DNA from: an uncultured Candidatus Saccharibacteria bacterium
GTDB lineage: Bacteria > Patescibacteriota > Minisyncoccia > Phycocordibacterales > UBA918
Direction of reading: 5' to 3'
DNA: 64,000 bases
Assembly (NCBI GenBank): GCA_964552045.1
Contig: CAZKFF010000001.1
Coordinates: 120-64,119 of the forward strand
This document shows, piece by piece, positions 47,157 through 58,500 of this stretch; position 1 is the first letter of the stretch; each line of letters opens with the position of its first letter. Both the position numbers and the translations under genes were made by a program. The notes beneath the pieces are model-generated. The model made no database searches. It was not told the DNA's origin and saw nothing but the letters and a program-made list of their open reading frames with translations.

Positions 47157-50148
47157 GCCTGCGCTGCAAGAGCGCGGCATATGTACAGTAGTCACAGACC
47201 TTCTCATCGCAGGGGATTGCAAGAAATTCACCATGTATGATCTCTGTTGTAACGCGCAGGATCTCCTCACGCAATGCCTGTATATCTTCGTCAGTTATCT
47301 CGAACACCTCTTCGTGGATCACTCCCTTTGCATCTGGTTCTATGAATGAGAGCACACCGGTTCTGCATGCGTAGCGCTCGTCGCCGTACAGCGAAAGCAG
47401 GAGTGCGTAAAAAGTGAGCTGACGTTTGTATTCCCCGTTGCCTGCCTGGGTCTTCCCTTCAATGGCATTGCGGGTCTTTGGTTTGCCGGTCTTATAATCC
47501 ACCACACGCAGTACTCTTCCCTGCGCATCGATATCCAGCCGGTCGAGCGTGCCGGTGAGCGTAAGCTCGGGAAATGCAGCGATACCCGTCTGCAAAACAA
47601 CGCTGATGGAAAATTCCTCTTTGACTGTTTCGGGAAGAGACGAATACATTGCGCCGATATACGGAAAGAGGCTCCGCATGCCTTTTTCGTGGAGCTGCGC
47701 ATACTCTTCCTGTGAGAGGGGCAATTTCGACAGTGCGGACTCAAGCCACTGCTTGATGTACGGGTCGCCGGGAAGCTCCCCATGCTTTGTATGATGCGCG
47801 GTTACTTTCTGCATAACCCCATGGATCACCGTTCCAAATAGCAGTGGCATTGCACGCACCTCAGGAATACGCAGTACATTCCGGTACAGATAGTTCCAGG
47901 GGCTTTGCAGATAATTGTTCAGTGCTGTAGCAGAAAGTCCCCGTTCCCGCAGCATGTAGGCAAGAAACGCTGCATCGATCTCAGCTGCAGCCGGAACAGT
48001 GCAAAGCGACGCCACAGGATCGAATGCGTCCTCAGCAGCTTCAGTGTTCAAAACCGTCACCTGTTTTGGAGCGATCTCACCCAGCAGCCGTGAGGCGATG
48101 AGCGATTTGCCGTCGCTGTTTTTTTGCGCATGCGAAAGGGTAAGCGTCTCTTTAGCACGCGTCATCGCCACAAACAAGAGCCGGCGCTCATCGTCATACT
48201 GATCGAACATATCCGCATCAATGTGACGGGTCAGTGGTACATCGAAATTGTTCCGGTGCGCTGAGCCGCCCCAGTTGGCATCGTGGAGATGCGGAACAAA
48301 CACATGCGCGAATTCGAGCCCTTTTGATTTATGTGCCGTAAGAACCTGCACTGCATGCGTATGCAATGCAAGGTAGGGAGCATTGAGAGGAAGTCTGTAC
48401 TGCATGTATGCGCAGAGCGAATCATACACATCTTTCAGTGTAGTCGTCTGCTTCTGCAGCGAGAGTATATCGAACTCATCATAGAGACGGCGTATGACCT
48501 TCCCATTCTCGACAGCGTCCGAAGAGAGCGCCATCTGCAGCAGCCCGCTTTCCTGCAGCAGATATTCCAATACGCGGGAAGGACTCTGCACCACTTCACG
48601 CCTGCGCGCTTCTTCGAGCACCGAGGCGATGCGCAGGAATTTTTCGGGCTCGGACACCCGTGCCTCTTCCAAAAGTTCCCGATCTGCAATGAGACTCCAG
48701 AGCGGTACAGAAAAGCTGCGTGCAGACAATACTTTCAAAAGATCATCAGGGGCGATCCCCCAGTATGCCCCATGGAGGAGCGTGAACAGCTGCCGTTCTG
48801 AATCGTGGGATACAGCAGCCCCGATGAGATTGAACACAGACGTGGTCAACGGGTGCTGCAAAATGTCCCCATCAGCAGTTGCCTCAACCGCAATGCCTCT
48901 TTTCCGCAAAAGCGACGCAAACTGCTCCACCTCTCTGTTGGTCCGTACAATGACGGCTATCTCTTCGCTGTGCACGCCCTCTGCAATATGCTTCTCGATC
49001 GCATCAGCCACCCACGTATCTTCGACAGTCTGGTGGGAGAACGACGCGTTGTATACTGCTCCCTTTGCTCCAGGTTGAGCCTGAAGCGGAATACGCAGAT
49101 CAGAAGCAGGACTCTCACCGGCAGTGATAAGACTGAAAGCAGCGTCAAGTATGGCCTGCCCTGAGCGGTAATTATGCGTCAAAGCGATGGTGGCTGTACC
49201 GGTAAAGGAATCCTCAAAGTAAAGGAAATTCTCAAGCGAAGCTCCCTGAAACCGGTAGATCGCCTGTTTTTCATCCCCCACTACGAACACATTCGGACTG
49301 GCGTGGTAAGAACTGAGCAGTTCGAGAATACGATTCTGGCTGCCGTTCACATCCTGGTGCTCATCCGCAAGGATGTACTGGTACTGTTCCTGTAGATCCA
49401 AAAGCATATCTTCATGCTGCTGCAGCGAGCGGATACTCTCAACGATCATATCTTCGAAATCAAAGAGACGGCGTTCCTGCAGTAGCGCTTCATATGCCCG
49501 ATAGACCAGAAGCAATTCCTTATTCTTTGCAATGCTCTTCTCCTTCTTCTGATAGTCGCCACGGACCTTTCCCTTATGCGGACCTTTGGTATGCATCTTT
49601 TCCATACCCAAAAGGACATGCTCCTGTGCGCCGATGATCGACGCCAAACCGTCTGGGTCGACGTTCTCCTGCTTCAGTGCGGAGAGTATCCGCAGTAGCG
49701 CAGTGACATAATAGGAAGGATCACCGAGCGGGCGGAGCAGACGAAATCCGTCCGATTGCAAGATGTGCTCAATAATATCTATCTTCTCAAGCTCGCTTGC
49801 CGGACGGCCGCCGATAATGCGCGCATATGCATCGGGATAGTCAGTTATAAGCTGCTGACAGAAGCCGTGGAATGTGGCGATCCTTACCCGGTAGGCCTGT
49901 GCCCCTGCGTATTTTGCGAGACGCTCGCGCATAGCCGACGCGCCTGACTCCGTGAATGTAAGCGCGAGGATATTTTCCGGCTGTATATCCGTCTCCATCA
50001 GTATCTTGGCTATGCGGAGCGTCAGTATCTGGGTCTTCCCGGTACCAGGACCGGCAATGACCATGACCGGCCCTTCTATTGTATCCACCGCCTTTTTTTG
50101 CTCAGCATTGAGCTTCCCGTAGGCTTCGTTGAATGCCGTTTCGTGCAT
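47152..50148 (-). CDS. UvrD/PcrA-type helicase with C-terminal PD-(D/E)XK nuclease (AddA/AdnA-like)
   Basis: AGPGTGKT, DEHQD, IYRFQGA, NYRS, HKSKGLEF, VAMTRA. Nuclease G.LDRLD...VVDYKTG...QL..Y. Confidence 0.92.
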   Translation of the reverse strand: MHETAFNEAYGKLNAEQKKAVDTIEGPVMVIAGPGTGKTQILTLRIAKILMETDIQPENILALTFTESGASAMRERLAKYAGAQAYRVRIATFHGFCQQLITDYPDAYARIIGGRPASELEKIDIIEHILQSDGFRLLRPLGDPSYYVTALLRILSALKQENVDPDGLASIIGAQEHVLLGMEKMHTKGPHKGKVRGDYQKKEKSIAKNKELLLVYRAYEALLQERRLFDFEDMIVESIRSLQQHEDMLLDLQEQYQYILADEHQDVNGSQNRILELLSSYHASPNVFVVGDEKQAIYRFQGASLENFLYFEDSFTGTATIALTHNYRSGQAILDAAFSLITAGESPASDLRIPLQAQPGAKGAVYNASFSHQTVEDTWVADAIEKHIAEGVHSEEIAVIVRTNREVEQFASLLRKRGIAVEATADGDILQHPLTTSVFNLIGAAVSHDSERQLFTLLHGAYWGIAPDDLLKVLSARSFSVPLWSLIADRELLEEARVSEPEKFLRIASVLEEARRREVVQSPSRVLEYLLQESGLLQMALSSDAVENGKVIRRLYDEFDILSLQKQTTTLKDVYDSLCAYMQYRLPLNAPYLALHTHAVQVLTAHKSKGLEFAHVFVPHLHDANWGGSAHRNNFDVPLTRHIDADMFDQYDDERRLLFVAMTRAKETLTLSHAQKNSDGKSLIASRLLGEIAPKQVTVLNTEAAEDAFDPVASLCTVPAAAEIDAAFLAYMLRERGLSATALNNYLQSPWNYLYRNVLRIPEVRAMPLLFGTVIHGVMQKVTAHHTKHGELPGDPYIKQWLESALSKLPLSQEEYAQLHEKGMRSLFPYIGAMYSSLPETVKEEFSISVVLQTGIAAFPELTLTGTLDRLDIDAQGRVLRVVDYKTGKPKTRNAIEGKTQAGNGEYKRQLTFYALLLSLYGDERYACRTGVLSFIEPDAKGVIHEEVFEITDEDIQALREEILRVTTEIIHGEFLAIPCDEKVCDYCTYAALLQRRQ

Positions 50149-50211
50149 GAGACTTATTATAGACCAAAAAGAAAAGGCCCGCCGAGGCGGACCCTTTGGT
50201 TTTGTTGTACG

Positions 50212-51303
50212 TTAGTCGAGCAATTCGAGTTTGCGCGTATCAGCGCTTACCACGCCTGCTATCGTACGGATATGCGGCATAAGCTCCGGCACACCCTCCT
50301 GGAGCGCCTGAAGCGACTGGTCGAGCATGTAGCGCACCTTCTCCTTCTTGAGCGCTGCTCCGAAGGCGCCTTCTTCGTGACGATGAAGCGCCGCGATCAA
50401 GAGCAGGACGCCAGGCTCCTTTGGGATCCGCCCAGCGTTCAGGTTGCCCTGGACGATGGACCCGGCGACCCTGACATTGTCAGGCCACGCCAGCGAATAC
50501 GGACCGATGATGAGCGCCGTATTCGGCATGTGCAGCCAGTCGAAGCCGCGCCCGACAGCGATCACCTGCTCACGGTGCTCAAAGTCCATAGGCTTCTTAC
50601 CGGAGTTCCGAACCTTCTGTACATGCCGGATGTTTCCCTCAACGAGCGGGATGAGGTCCATCAGCATGCGAGTGCTCATGTTCGGATACAACTCGTCGAG
50701 CAAAACCCGGATATCAATGTCCGTTATGGAGCTGTCGAGCTCAGCCACGCGCAGCTCTTTTCCGCCTTCGCCGTGGAAGATGAGCGATTCCTCGTCGGTC
50801 TCGATACCGATAGCGATCGCATATGCAGCTGGACCTTTGATGTCGGCACTACCCACAGCACGATTGAACTGCTCCTGCAGCTTGAACGCCTCGGCTTGTG
50901 CAGCGTCTGTATCGTACTCGAATCCGGCGCAGCCGCGATGATGATCCCCTTTCGAGAAATGATAGGAGCTCATCACCAGGACTTCACGCCCTTTGGCGAT
51001 CGGAAAGTTCACACCGTCCCGAATGAGTTCCTGGAAAAAGGGCCATCCATAGTCGAATTTGCCGCCGATGTTCCGGAACGGCTGCAGAATGCCCGGCGGG
51101 GTTTCCGTGTACAGGGAAATGTTAAGCCGACCATCCATGCACTTCAGGACGAGAATCTCTGTCGGATGCTGTGCACGGTACAGGCGACGTTTCAGTTGTG
51201 CATCAGGATTGACGAATGCTGCGCTCTGCGCCTCATTGCGGTCCATAATGAACTTGACAATATCCCCCTCAATGACTCTATTGTTGTAGTTTTCCATAAA
51301 CAT
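50212..51303 (-). CDS. Beta-class carbonic anhydrase related to carboxysomal CsoSCA
   Basis: LKCMDGR, SYHFSKGD.HRGCAG, IETDEE, EHREQVIAVGRGFDWL. Confidence 0.7.
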   Translation of the reverse strand: MFMENYNNRVIEGDIVKFIMDRNEAQSAAFVNPDAQLKRRLYRAQHPTEILVLKCMDGRLNISLYTETPPGILQPFRNIGGKFDYGWPFFQELIRDGVNFPIAKGREVLVMSSYHFSKGDHHRGCAGFEYDTDAAQAEAFKLQEQFNRAVGSADIKGPAAYAIAIGIETDEESLIFHGEGGKELRVAELDSSITDIDIRVLLDELYPNMSTRMLMDLIPLVEGNIRHVQKVRNSGKKPMDFEHREQVIAVGRGFDWLHMPNTALIIGPYSLAWPDNVRVAGSIVQGNLNAGRIPKEPGVLLLIAALHRHEEGAFGAALKKEKVRYMLDQSLQALQEGVPELMPHIRTIAGVVSADTRKLELLD

Positions 51304-51444
51304 GCTGGCTCTCCCTTGGATTAAGAACTGATAGCAATCGAGGATGATATACCTATTTTAGCCAGGGCACAAGCATTGAGTGTGGGTACCCAGAAAATAA
51401 CCTGGACGCAAAAAATGCGCCGCAAACCCGGCGTTTTTCATCTG

Positions 51445-52224
51445 CTACGCCGCATCATCAAGGTAGAGTTCGTACACGGTAGCCACAAACAACGGCAGGA
51501 CCAGAGCGAGCAATAGTTCCTCAACGGGAACCACCTCCCCAAAAAGCGTAAAGGTGAAAAGGTAGTCATGTACATATGCAAAGACCTTATGCGTATTCCC
51601 TACGGCCAGTACCACGCCGCACAGAAGCGGTACCCAGGCGATAAGGCAAAATGAAAACAACTTCTCAAAGAACCGCACGGAAAGTGAACGGTGAACAGCA
51701 AGAGCAGCAATGCTCGACGCGATACATATGCCGATGATCCACAAGTAGGAATGCGTGAAAAATATCCCATGGAGGAGATAGTGGTGGAGCGCGATGAGTC
51801 CGAGTATGCCCGCAGTGAATACTCCAAAGGCAACAAAGCGCACGCGAGCGCTTGAGGTCGTATACCGGCCATCATCGAAAATGAGCTCATACAGCAGTGC
51901 AAGGAAGAGCGTCTGCAGGACCGAAGAAAGAATGATCTCTACAGGGACCAACCCGAAGATCCGCAGCTCATCAACGCCAAGGGTATACCAGATACCGTAT
52001 ATATGGGCAATGCCCTCGAGCAATAGTCCCATACCCGCACCAAAAACGATCACCGCAAACACAACTGCAGGTGGTGCGGCAGAGAACCGCGCCAAGAAAT
52101 ATGACGGCAGGCCGAACAGCACGAGTGACGTGAGCAGGAGTCCGGCTTCAAAGCTGTAGAGCGCATACGTTCCGAGCGCGTAGTATACAAGCGCGGAGAA
52201 TCCGAGAAGAACCGTTCTGTGCAT
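51445..52224 (-). CDS. Multi-TM protein with two lycopene-cyclase-like repeats
   Basis: IW...RIFGLVPVE and FTLFGEVVPVEELL repeats. TACAAT -10 just upstream of ATG 52224. Confidence 0.6.
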   Translation of the reverse strand: MHRTVLLGFSALVYYALGTYALYSFEAGLLLTSLVLFGLPSYFLARFSAAPPAVVFAVIVFGAGMGLLLEGIAHIYGIWYTLGVDELRIFGLVPVEIILSSVLQTLFLALLYELIFDDGRYTTSSARVRFVAFGVFTAGILGLIALHHYLLHGIFFTHSYLWIIGICIASSIAALAVHRSLSVRFFEKLFSFCLIAWVPLLCGVVLAVGNTHKVFAYVHDYLFTFTLFGEVVPVEELLLALVLPLFVATVYELYLDDAA

Positions 52225-52391
52225 ATGGAGATATTGTAGCACCACAAAAAGAGCCGAGAACAGAGTCCTCGGCCTTTTTGTGAAGAAGCGAATACTTGCA
52301 GCTTCTGCAAGACCTTTTGTGTCAGATTCGATCCGAAGTAAGAATCTGTCCAAAAGGTGTACAGCTTCTGTAAGAAGTATAACTTTTGTTC

Positions 52392-53705
52392 TTAGTATGA
52401 TTTCAAACGTCTCGCTTTCTCGTGCTGCCGTATCTTTTCCAATGCCTTCGCTTCGATCTGACGGATACGCTCGCGGGTAACACCAAACTCTTTCCCCACT
52501 TCCTCGAGCGTATGGTACGTCCCGTCCAGCAGACCGTGACGCATCTCCAGGATTTTACGTTCCTTTTCCGAAAGCGAATCGAGGATCTCCTGGATCTGAT
52601 CAGTAAGAATGCTGTGTGCGACTTCCTGGTCAGGCGAAGTTATCTTGTCGTCAGCGATGAAGTCAGAGAGTCGTGAGCGGTCATCATCATCACCGATCGG
52701 CAGCTCAAGTGAAATGGTGTCCTGACTGATCTTCTCGATCTGATAGATCTTATCGACTTCAACCCCCATTTCAGTTGCGATCTCTTCTGGCATCGGATCG
52801 CGTCCGAGGTCCTGCGAGAGCCGGCGTGATACCTGCTTGTATTTCGCCATAGTCTCGACCATGTGTACCGGAATGCGGATGGTCCGCGACTGGTCAGCGA
52901 GTGCACGGGTGATCGCCTGACGGATCCACCAAGTAGCGTACGTCGAGAATTTGAATCCCTTGGTATGGTCAAACTTATCAACTGCCTTGAAGAGACCGAG
53001 ATTTCCCTCTTGGATGAGGTCGAGCAGCGTAAGGTCCGGTGAGCGACCTACATATTTCTTCGCGATAGAGACTACCAGACGCAGGTTTGCGCGCGCAAGC
53101 AAATTGCGCGCTTCTTCGTCGCCCTCGACAATGCGCTTGGCAAGCGTACGCTCTTCAAGCGCGGTCAAAAGCGGATACTGTCCGATCTCTCGCAGATACA
53201 TCTGAATGGAGTCATAGCCGCTTTCATTGCGTTTGTATGAATTCTTGCGTTCGAGCAGCTCCACGCTGGGATCTTCTCCGAGCATGCCGCCGCTTTGCAG
53301 AACATCAATGCCGGCAACACCAAAACGCTCGTACATTTCGTCGAGGAACGGAACATCCTTTTCTATCTGCGGGAAATACTTCAGGATCTCGTCGAACGTG
53401 ACGTAGCCGCGCTCTCTGCCCAGACGCATCAATTCTCCGGCCTTTGCCTCAAGTATCTTTTGGTTCTTGCTTAATTTCAGCGGCACGCTCTTTTTCGCCG
53501 GGGCTTTCTTTGTTGCAGCTTTCTTTGCGGGTGCCTTCTTCGCAGGTTTCTTTAGAGCAGTCTTCTTCGCACTTTTCTTTGGCTTTATGTTTTTGGCTTT
53601 TGCAGGGGTTTTTACTGCTTTCTTAGCCACTTTTTTTGTTGCCTTTTTAACGACTTTTTTGGTCGCTTTTTTCGTTGTTTTTTTGGTTGCCTTTTTTGCA
53701 GCCAT
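52392..53705 (-). CDS. rpoD: Primary sigma factor with Lys/Ala-rich N-terminal extension
   Basis: [57 protein letters not shown]. Confidence 0.97.
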   Translation of the reverse strand: MAAKKATKKTTKKATKKVVKKATKKVAKKAVKTPAKAKNIKPKKSAKKTALKKPAKKAPAKKAATKKAPAKKSVPLKLSKNQKILEAKAGELMRLGRERGYVTFDEILKYFPQIEKDVPFLDEMYERFGVAGIDVLQSGGMLGEDPSVELLERKNSYKRNESGYDSIQMYLREIGQYPLLTALEERTLAKRIVEGDEEARNLLARANLRLVVSIAKKYVGRSPDLTLLDLIQEGNLGLFKAVDKFDHTKGFKFSTYATWWIRQAITRALADQSRTIRIPVHMVETMAKYKQVSRRLSQDLGRDPMPEEIATEMGVEVDKIYQIEKISQDTISLELPIGDDDDRSRLSDFIADDKITSPDQEVAHSILTDQIQEILDSLSEKERKILEMRHGLLDGTYHTLEEVGKEFGVTRERIRQIEAKALEKIRQHEKARRLKSY

Positions 53706-53739
53706 AATGGGACAACTATACAGTAAATCTTTAAAAAAT

Positions 53740-55500
53740 CTAGTCCCCTAGAAAATGCTGAACGCCGAATATTCTGGAAGAGAGTGTCCGCTGCACCTCT
53801 GATATTTCAGACAGACAGCGGGCAACGTGCTTCTCATCCTCGACCATTTCTGCCTGTTTGAGCTCCTCCTTGAGGTCCTGAACCTTCTGCCGTGCCACAT
53901 GCCGGGAGAGCTCATTGAGTTTGTCGCTTATTTCTTCTGAGAGCTGTTTGGCCGATACCGAACCAACATATGATTCAATAGTGAATGAGATCGGACTGAC
54001 CTCTTCCGGCTGCAGGGCATAGTTCTCAATACCGATCTTCTCGCCGGTAACATCAAAAAATGCATCCGCAAGCCTTTCCTTGCGTTGGCCTGCCAATACC
54101 GTATGCAGCACCACGAGATATTTTTTCAATTCTTCACTGCGCCCCTGCGCCTCTTTCGGACCGGATGTCTCTCCGGCTACCTTCGTCTCCGGCACGTGGA
54201 CGCCTAACGGTTTCTCCGACTGTTCGGTCAGCCGTTCCACCTCGTACTGTATCGCATCCTTGCTTGTTCCCGTGCGTTCTGCGATCACTCCCTCGAAATG
54301 ATCCTGGTCCATTTTATTGGCGATCTTCGCAACGAAAGGCAGTACTTCTTCGCGCACGCGGAGCTTATAGCTGCGTTCATTCTTCTTTTCGGTTTCGAGC
54401 ACATCAAGCAGATACTCGACCACCGGTTTCGCCCCACCGACGATCTTGCGGAACTTTGCTATATCCTCACGCACCATATCAGCAGGGTCTTTGCCGCCGA
54501 TCATATTGGCAACCTTGATGTCGATGCCGCGCGGCAGCATGATGTCGGCGGCCCGCTTTACTGCAGCTACCCCTGCCCTATCCGCATCGAGCGCGAGCAC
54601 AACCCGGTTGGAAAGACGCTGGAGGAGCATGACGTGGTGCGGCGTTAAAGCTGTACCGGAGACAGCCACAGCGTTGGTGTAGCCTGCCTGATGCGAAAGT
54701 ACAACATCGAATTGACCCTCAACAACGAGCGAGAAATCAAGGTGACGAATACCCTGTTTGGCCTTGTCGTAGCCAAAAAGTATCTCTGATTTATTGAACA
54801 GTTCCGTTTCGGGCGAATTGACATACTTCGGCGCTTCGCTGTCTTTGCTCAGAATACGTCCCGAGTACGCAACCACCTTTCCGTTTGCATCACAGATTGG
54901 AAACATAATCCGGTCACGGAACAGGTCATAGGGTTCCTTCCCCGCGTCTGCTCCTTTGATCAGGCCAACTTTCAGAAGCTCCTGTCTGGTAAAGCCCTTG
55001 CGTTCCATATGCTCTTTAAGTTCTCTCCAGCCGTGCTGCGGAGGACCTGGCGCATATCCAATGCGCCATTTCGCAATGGTTTCTGCAGACACTCCTCTGT
55101 TAGTAAGGTACTGCAGGACTTCAGGATTCTTTTCGCGGCATTCCTCAAAGAAACGGGTCGCTTCTTCAAGCGCATCGAACAGACGTTCGCGCTGCGATCT
55201 TTTCTGCGGATCCTCCGGGGTGAGCTCGATCCCTGCCTTTGCCGCAAGAATGCGGAGCGCCTCCTTGAAATCAACCCCCTCCATCTTCTGTATGAAGGTG
55301 AAAATATCCCCGCCTTGGCTTGAGGAAAAGCAGTAGTACATACCTCTATCGGGCGAGACATAGAACGACGGTGTGCGTTCATTGGTGAACGGAGACTTTC
55401 CCTTGAAGTTCTTCCCCGCCTGATGAAGCTCAACATACGGAGACACGACGTCGACAATAGACAATCGTTCCTTGATACGTTCAACTGAGTCAGACGCCAT
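53740..55500 (-). CDS. dnaG: DNA primase
   Basis: [33 protein letters not shown]. The zinc-binding motif is degenerate. Confidence 0.96.
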   Translation of the reverse strand: MASDSVERIKERLSIVDVVSPYVELHQAGKNFKGKSPFTNERTPSFYVSPDRGMYYCFSSSQGGDIFTFIQKMEGVDFKEALRILAAKAGIELTPEDPQKRSQRERLFDALEEATRFFEECREKNPEVLQYLTNRGVSAETIAKWRIGYAPGPPQHGWRELKEHMERKGFTRQELLKVGLIKGADAGKEPYDLFRDRIMFPICDANGKVVAYSGRILSKDSEAPKYVNSPETELFNKSEILFGYDKAKQGIRHLDFSLVVEGQFDVVLSHQAGYTNAVAVSGTALTPHHVMLLQRLSNRVVLALDADRAGVAAVKRAADIMLPRGIDIKVANMIGGKDPADMVREDIAKFRKIVGGAKPVVEYLLDVLETEKKNERSYKLRVREEVLPFVAKIANKMDQDHFEGVIAERTGTSKDAIQYEVERLTEQSEKPLGVHVPETKVAGETSGPKEAQGRSEELKKYLVVLHTVLAGQRKERLADAFFDVTGEKIGIENYALQPEEVSPISFTIESYVGSVSAKQLSEEISDKLNELSRHVARQKVQDLKEELKQAEMVEDEKHVARCLSEISEVQRTLSSRIFGVQHFLGD

Positions 55501-55528
55501 AGTACGGCTATTTTACACCAAAAACACA

Positions 55529-55560
55529 TAAACAGCCCGGAGTGAGTACCGGGCTGTTTA
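55529..55560 (-). terminator. Terminator after rpoC
   Basis: taaacagcccgg-N8-ccgggctgttta. Confidence 0.65.
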
Positions 55561-55582
55561 GGGTGCCTTTTGGGCTTATATT

Positions 55583-58500
55583 CTATCCCTCTTTCTGGAC
55601 ATCTTCGATCATCTGGGATTTCTGTGATCCCTTGAAACCGGTACCGGCAGGGATAAGCTTTCCGATGATCACATTCTCCATCAATCCGGCAAGATTGTCG
55701 TTGCTTCCCTTCACTGCCGCATTGATCAGAACACGGGTTGTGTTCTGGAATGACGCTGCGGAGAGGAAGCTCTTTCTTGAGAGCGAAGACTCGGTGATGC
55801 CCATGATGAGCTTGCTTGCCTTCGCCGGATCCTTTCCTTCGGCAGCCAATGCATTGTTCGCCTCAACAAAGATCCACTCCTCGACAACCTCTCCCGGAGT
55901 GAAGTGGCTGTCGCCGGAGTTGGTGATCTTTACGCGGCTCATCATCTGCTTGACGATGAGCTCAATATGCTTGCGCGCAATGGTCACACCCTGGAGCTCA
56001 TAGATCTTGTTGATCTCAGAGATGATGTATTCCTGCGTCTGTTCCTTCGTACCGTATTTGAACATGTCCGGCAGGTATGCGGAACCGTCCGTGAGGAGCT
56101 GTCCGGCTTTGACATTCTCGCCCTTGGAGACGATCACGGTTCGTCGATAATTCGCCTCGTATTCGATGATATCGCTCTTCTTCGGCGCATACTTCGAATC
56201 CTTGGCAGGAACCACCACGATGATCTTCTCTTTTCCTTCCGTGCGGATCTCGCTTACAAAACCGTCGGTCTTGGAGATGACTGCAGGGTTCTTCGGAAGA
56301 CGCTTTTCAAAGACCTCCTCTACGCGGGGCAGACCCTGCGTCACGTCTCCGCCGACTGCCGAGGTACCTCCGGCGTGCTTTGTGTTCATCGTGAGCTGTG
56401 TACCTGGTTCACCGATCGCCTGTGCAGCGACCGTACCAACAGCCTCGCCGATATCGACGAGCGCATTGGTGGTGAGGTCCACTCCGTAACACTGCTGGCA
56501 GACACCGCGCAGTGTATTGCAGGTCATAGGTGAACGGACGACAACCGACGCTGCGGTCGATCCTTCAACAGCGAGCGCGTCGCGCCGCGTGAGCATGTGA
56601 CCCTTCTTGAACAAGATGGTACCATCCTGGTCAACAACATCAGCGGCAAGCACGCGGCCTTTGATCGCCTTCGAGAATGCGATCTGAATTCCTGATGCGC
56701 TGAGGCGTCCGATAGAAACTCCTTCCTTGGTCTTGCAGTCGGCCTCAGTAACGATCGCATCCTGTGCAACGACGAAGAGACGTCGAGTAAGGTATCCTGC
56801 TTTCGCTGTCTGGAGCGCGGTGTCCGCAAGTCCCTTGCGGGAGCCGTGCGTGGTGATGAAGTACTCGATCGGACTCATACCTTCCTTCATGGAAGAAATG
56901 ACCGGAAATTCGAGCGTTTCACCGCGCGTGTTGACAATGAGTCCCTTCATACCGATCATCTGTGCGATCTGCCGCATTGATCCTCGTGCTCCTGACTTCC
57001 AGAGGTCATATGCAGAGCCATTCGGATTCATGCGGTCAGGGATGACCTCCTCGAGCGAACTCTTGGTACGGTGCCAGATCTCGATGATCATACGGCGTCG
57101 TTCGTCGCGGGACAGAAGTCCCTGCTCGAAATGCTCTATGATTGCACGCTCTTCTTCGCGTGCGTCTGCGATGATCTGCTGCTTTTCCTTGGGCACAATC
57201 ACTTCGTCAATGCCCCAAGTTGTTCCGGAAACAGTTGCATATTTGAAACCGAATTTCTTGATCTTGTTTACAACAGATGGAACCACATCAACTCCCTGAT
57301 CGTCGATAAGATCGAGTACGACCCCGAAGAGATCCCGCTGGGTCACCAGCTGGTTAATGTATGCATGATCAGACGGAAGTACGCTGTTGAATAAGAGACG
57401 TCCAACCGATGTTTCAAAGAGCTGGCCTTCAAATTGCGCATACTTTGGCGTGTTTGTTGCGAGTACCTTTATCTTTGCACGGAAGTCAACAATGCCATAG
57501 TCATACGCATTGATCGCATCGTTTGGTGAGGCGAAGAATTTGTTTTCCCCTTTCGCTCCCTCGATTATCTTCGTCATCCAGAATGAGCCGAGCGCCATAT
57601 CCATGAGCGATTCAGACACCACCGGCTCGCTTGAACCCGGCTTGAGCACGTTCTTGTTTGCTGAGATGATCTCCCGGGCTTCCATCTGCGCCTCGTCTGA
57701 AAGCGGCACATGCACTGCCATCTGGTCTCCGTCGAAGTCAGCATTGAATGCTTTACATACCAATGGATGCACCTGGATGGCGTTGCCTTCAATCAGTACC
57801 GGGCGGAATGCCTGGATACCCTGTCGGTGGAGTGTCGGCGCACGGTTAAGGAGTACATGCTTACTTGAGATCACTTCCTCAAGGATCGCCCATACTTCCG
57901 GCACGCCGTCCTCAATGAGACGCCCAGCGCCGCGGATGTTGTACGCAAGTTCCTGTCGGAGAAGCTTGGAGATCACGAACGGACGGAACAGCTCGAGCGC
58001 CATATGCTTCGGCAGACCGCACTGGTCGAGCTCGAGGTCTGGACCGATGACGATCACTGAACGGCCTGAATAGTCCACACGCTTACCAAGGAGGTTCTGA
58101 CGGAAGTATCCCTGCTTTGACTTCAGATAATCAGAAAGCGACTTCAGCGGACGGCGCTGCGCCTGGCTCATCGCTGAGTACGCGGTGTTTCCGTGGCGGA
58201 TCGAGTTGTCGATAAGCGCGTCAACCGCTTCCTGGAGGATACGCTTCTCGTTTCGGAGAATAACGTCAGGCGCCATGATGTCAATGAGTTTCTTGAGGCG
58301 ATTGTTTCGGTTGATCACCCGGCGGTAAAGATCGTTGAGGTCTGATGACGCATGGCGTCCTCCTTCAAGCGCGACCATAGGACGCAATGCTGGCGGGATG
58401 ACCGGAATACGGTTGAGGAACATCCATTCAGGACGAACGCCTGAGTGGATCATGCCGCGTATGAGATTGAGCCGCTTATCGAGCTTTGCCCGGTCAGCGA

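Noticed and set aside
50098-51324. 408-aa antisense ORF over the carbonic anhydrase (likewise 34035..34931, 43563..44264, 7143..7835, and the same-strand off-frame 31867..32865)
   Set aside because: These are shadow ORFs expected from the codon bias of the real gene, with no motifs or start signals.
53480-53705. Repetitive DNA at the rpoD 5' end
   Set aside because: It encodes a Lys/Ala/Pro-rich low-complexity tail and is not a DNA repeat element.
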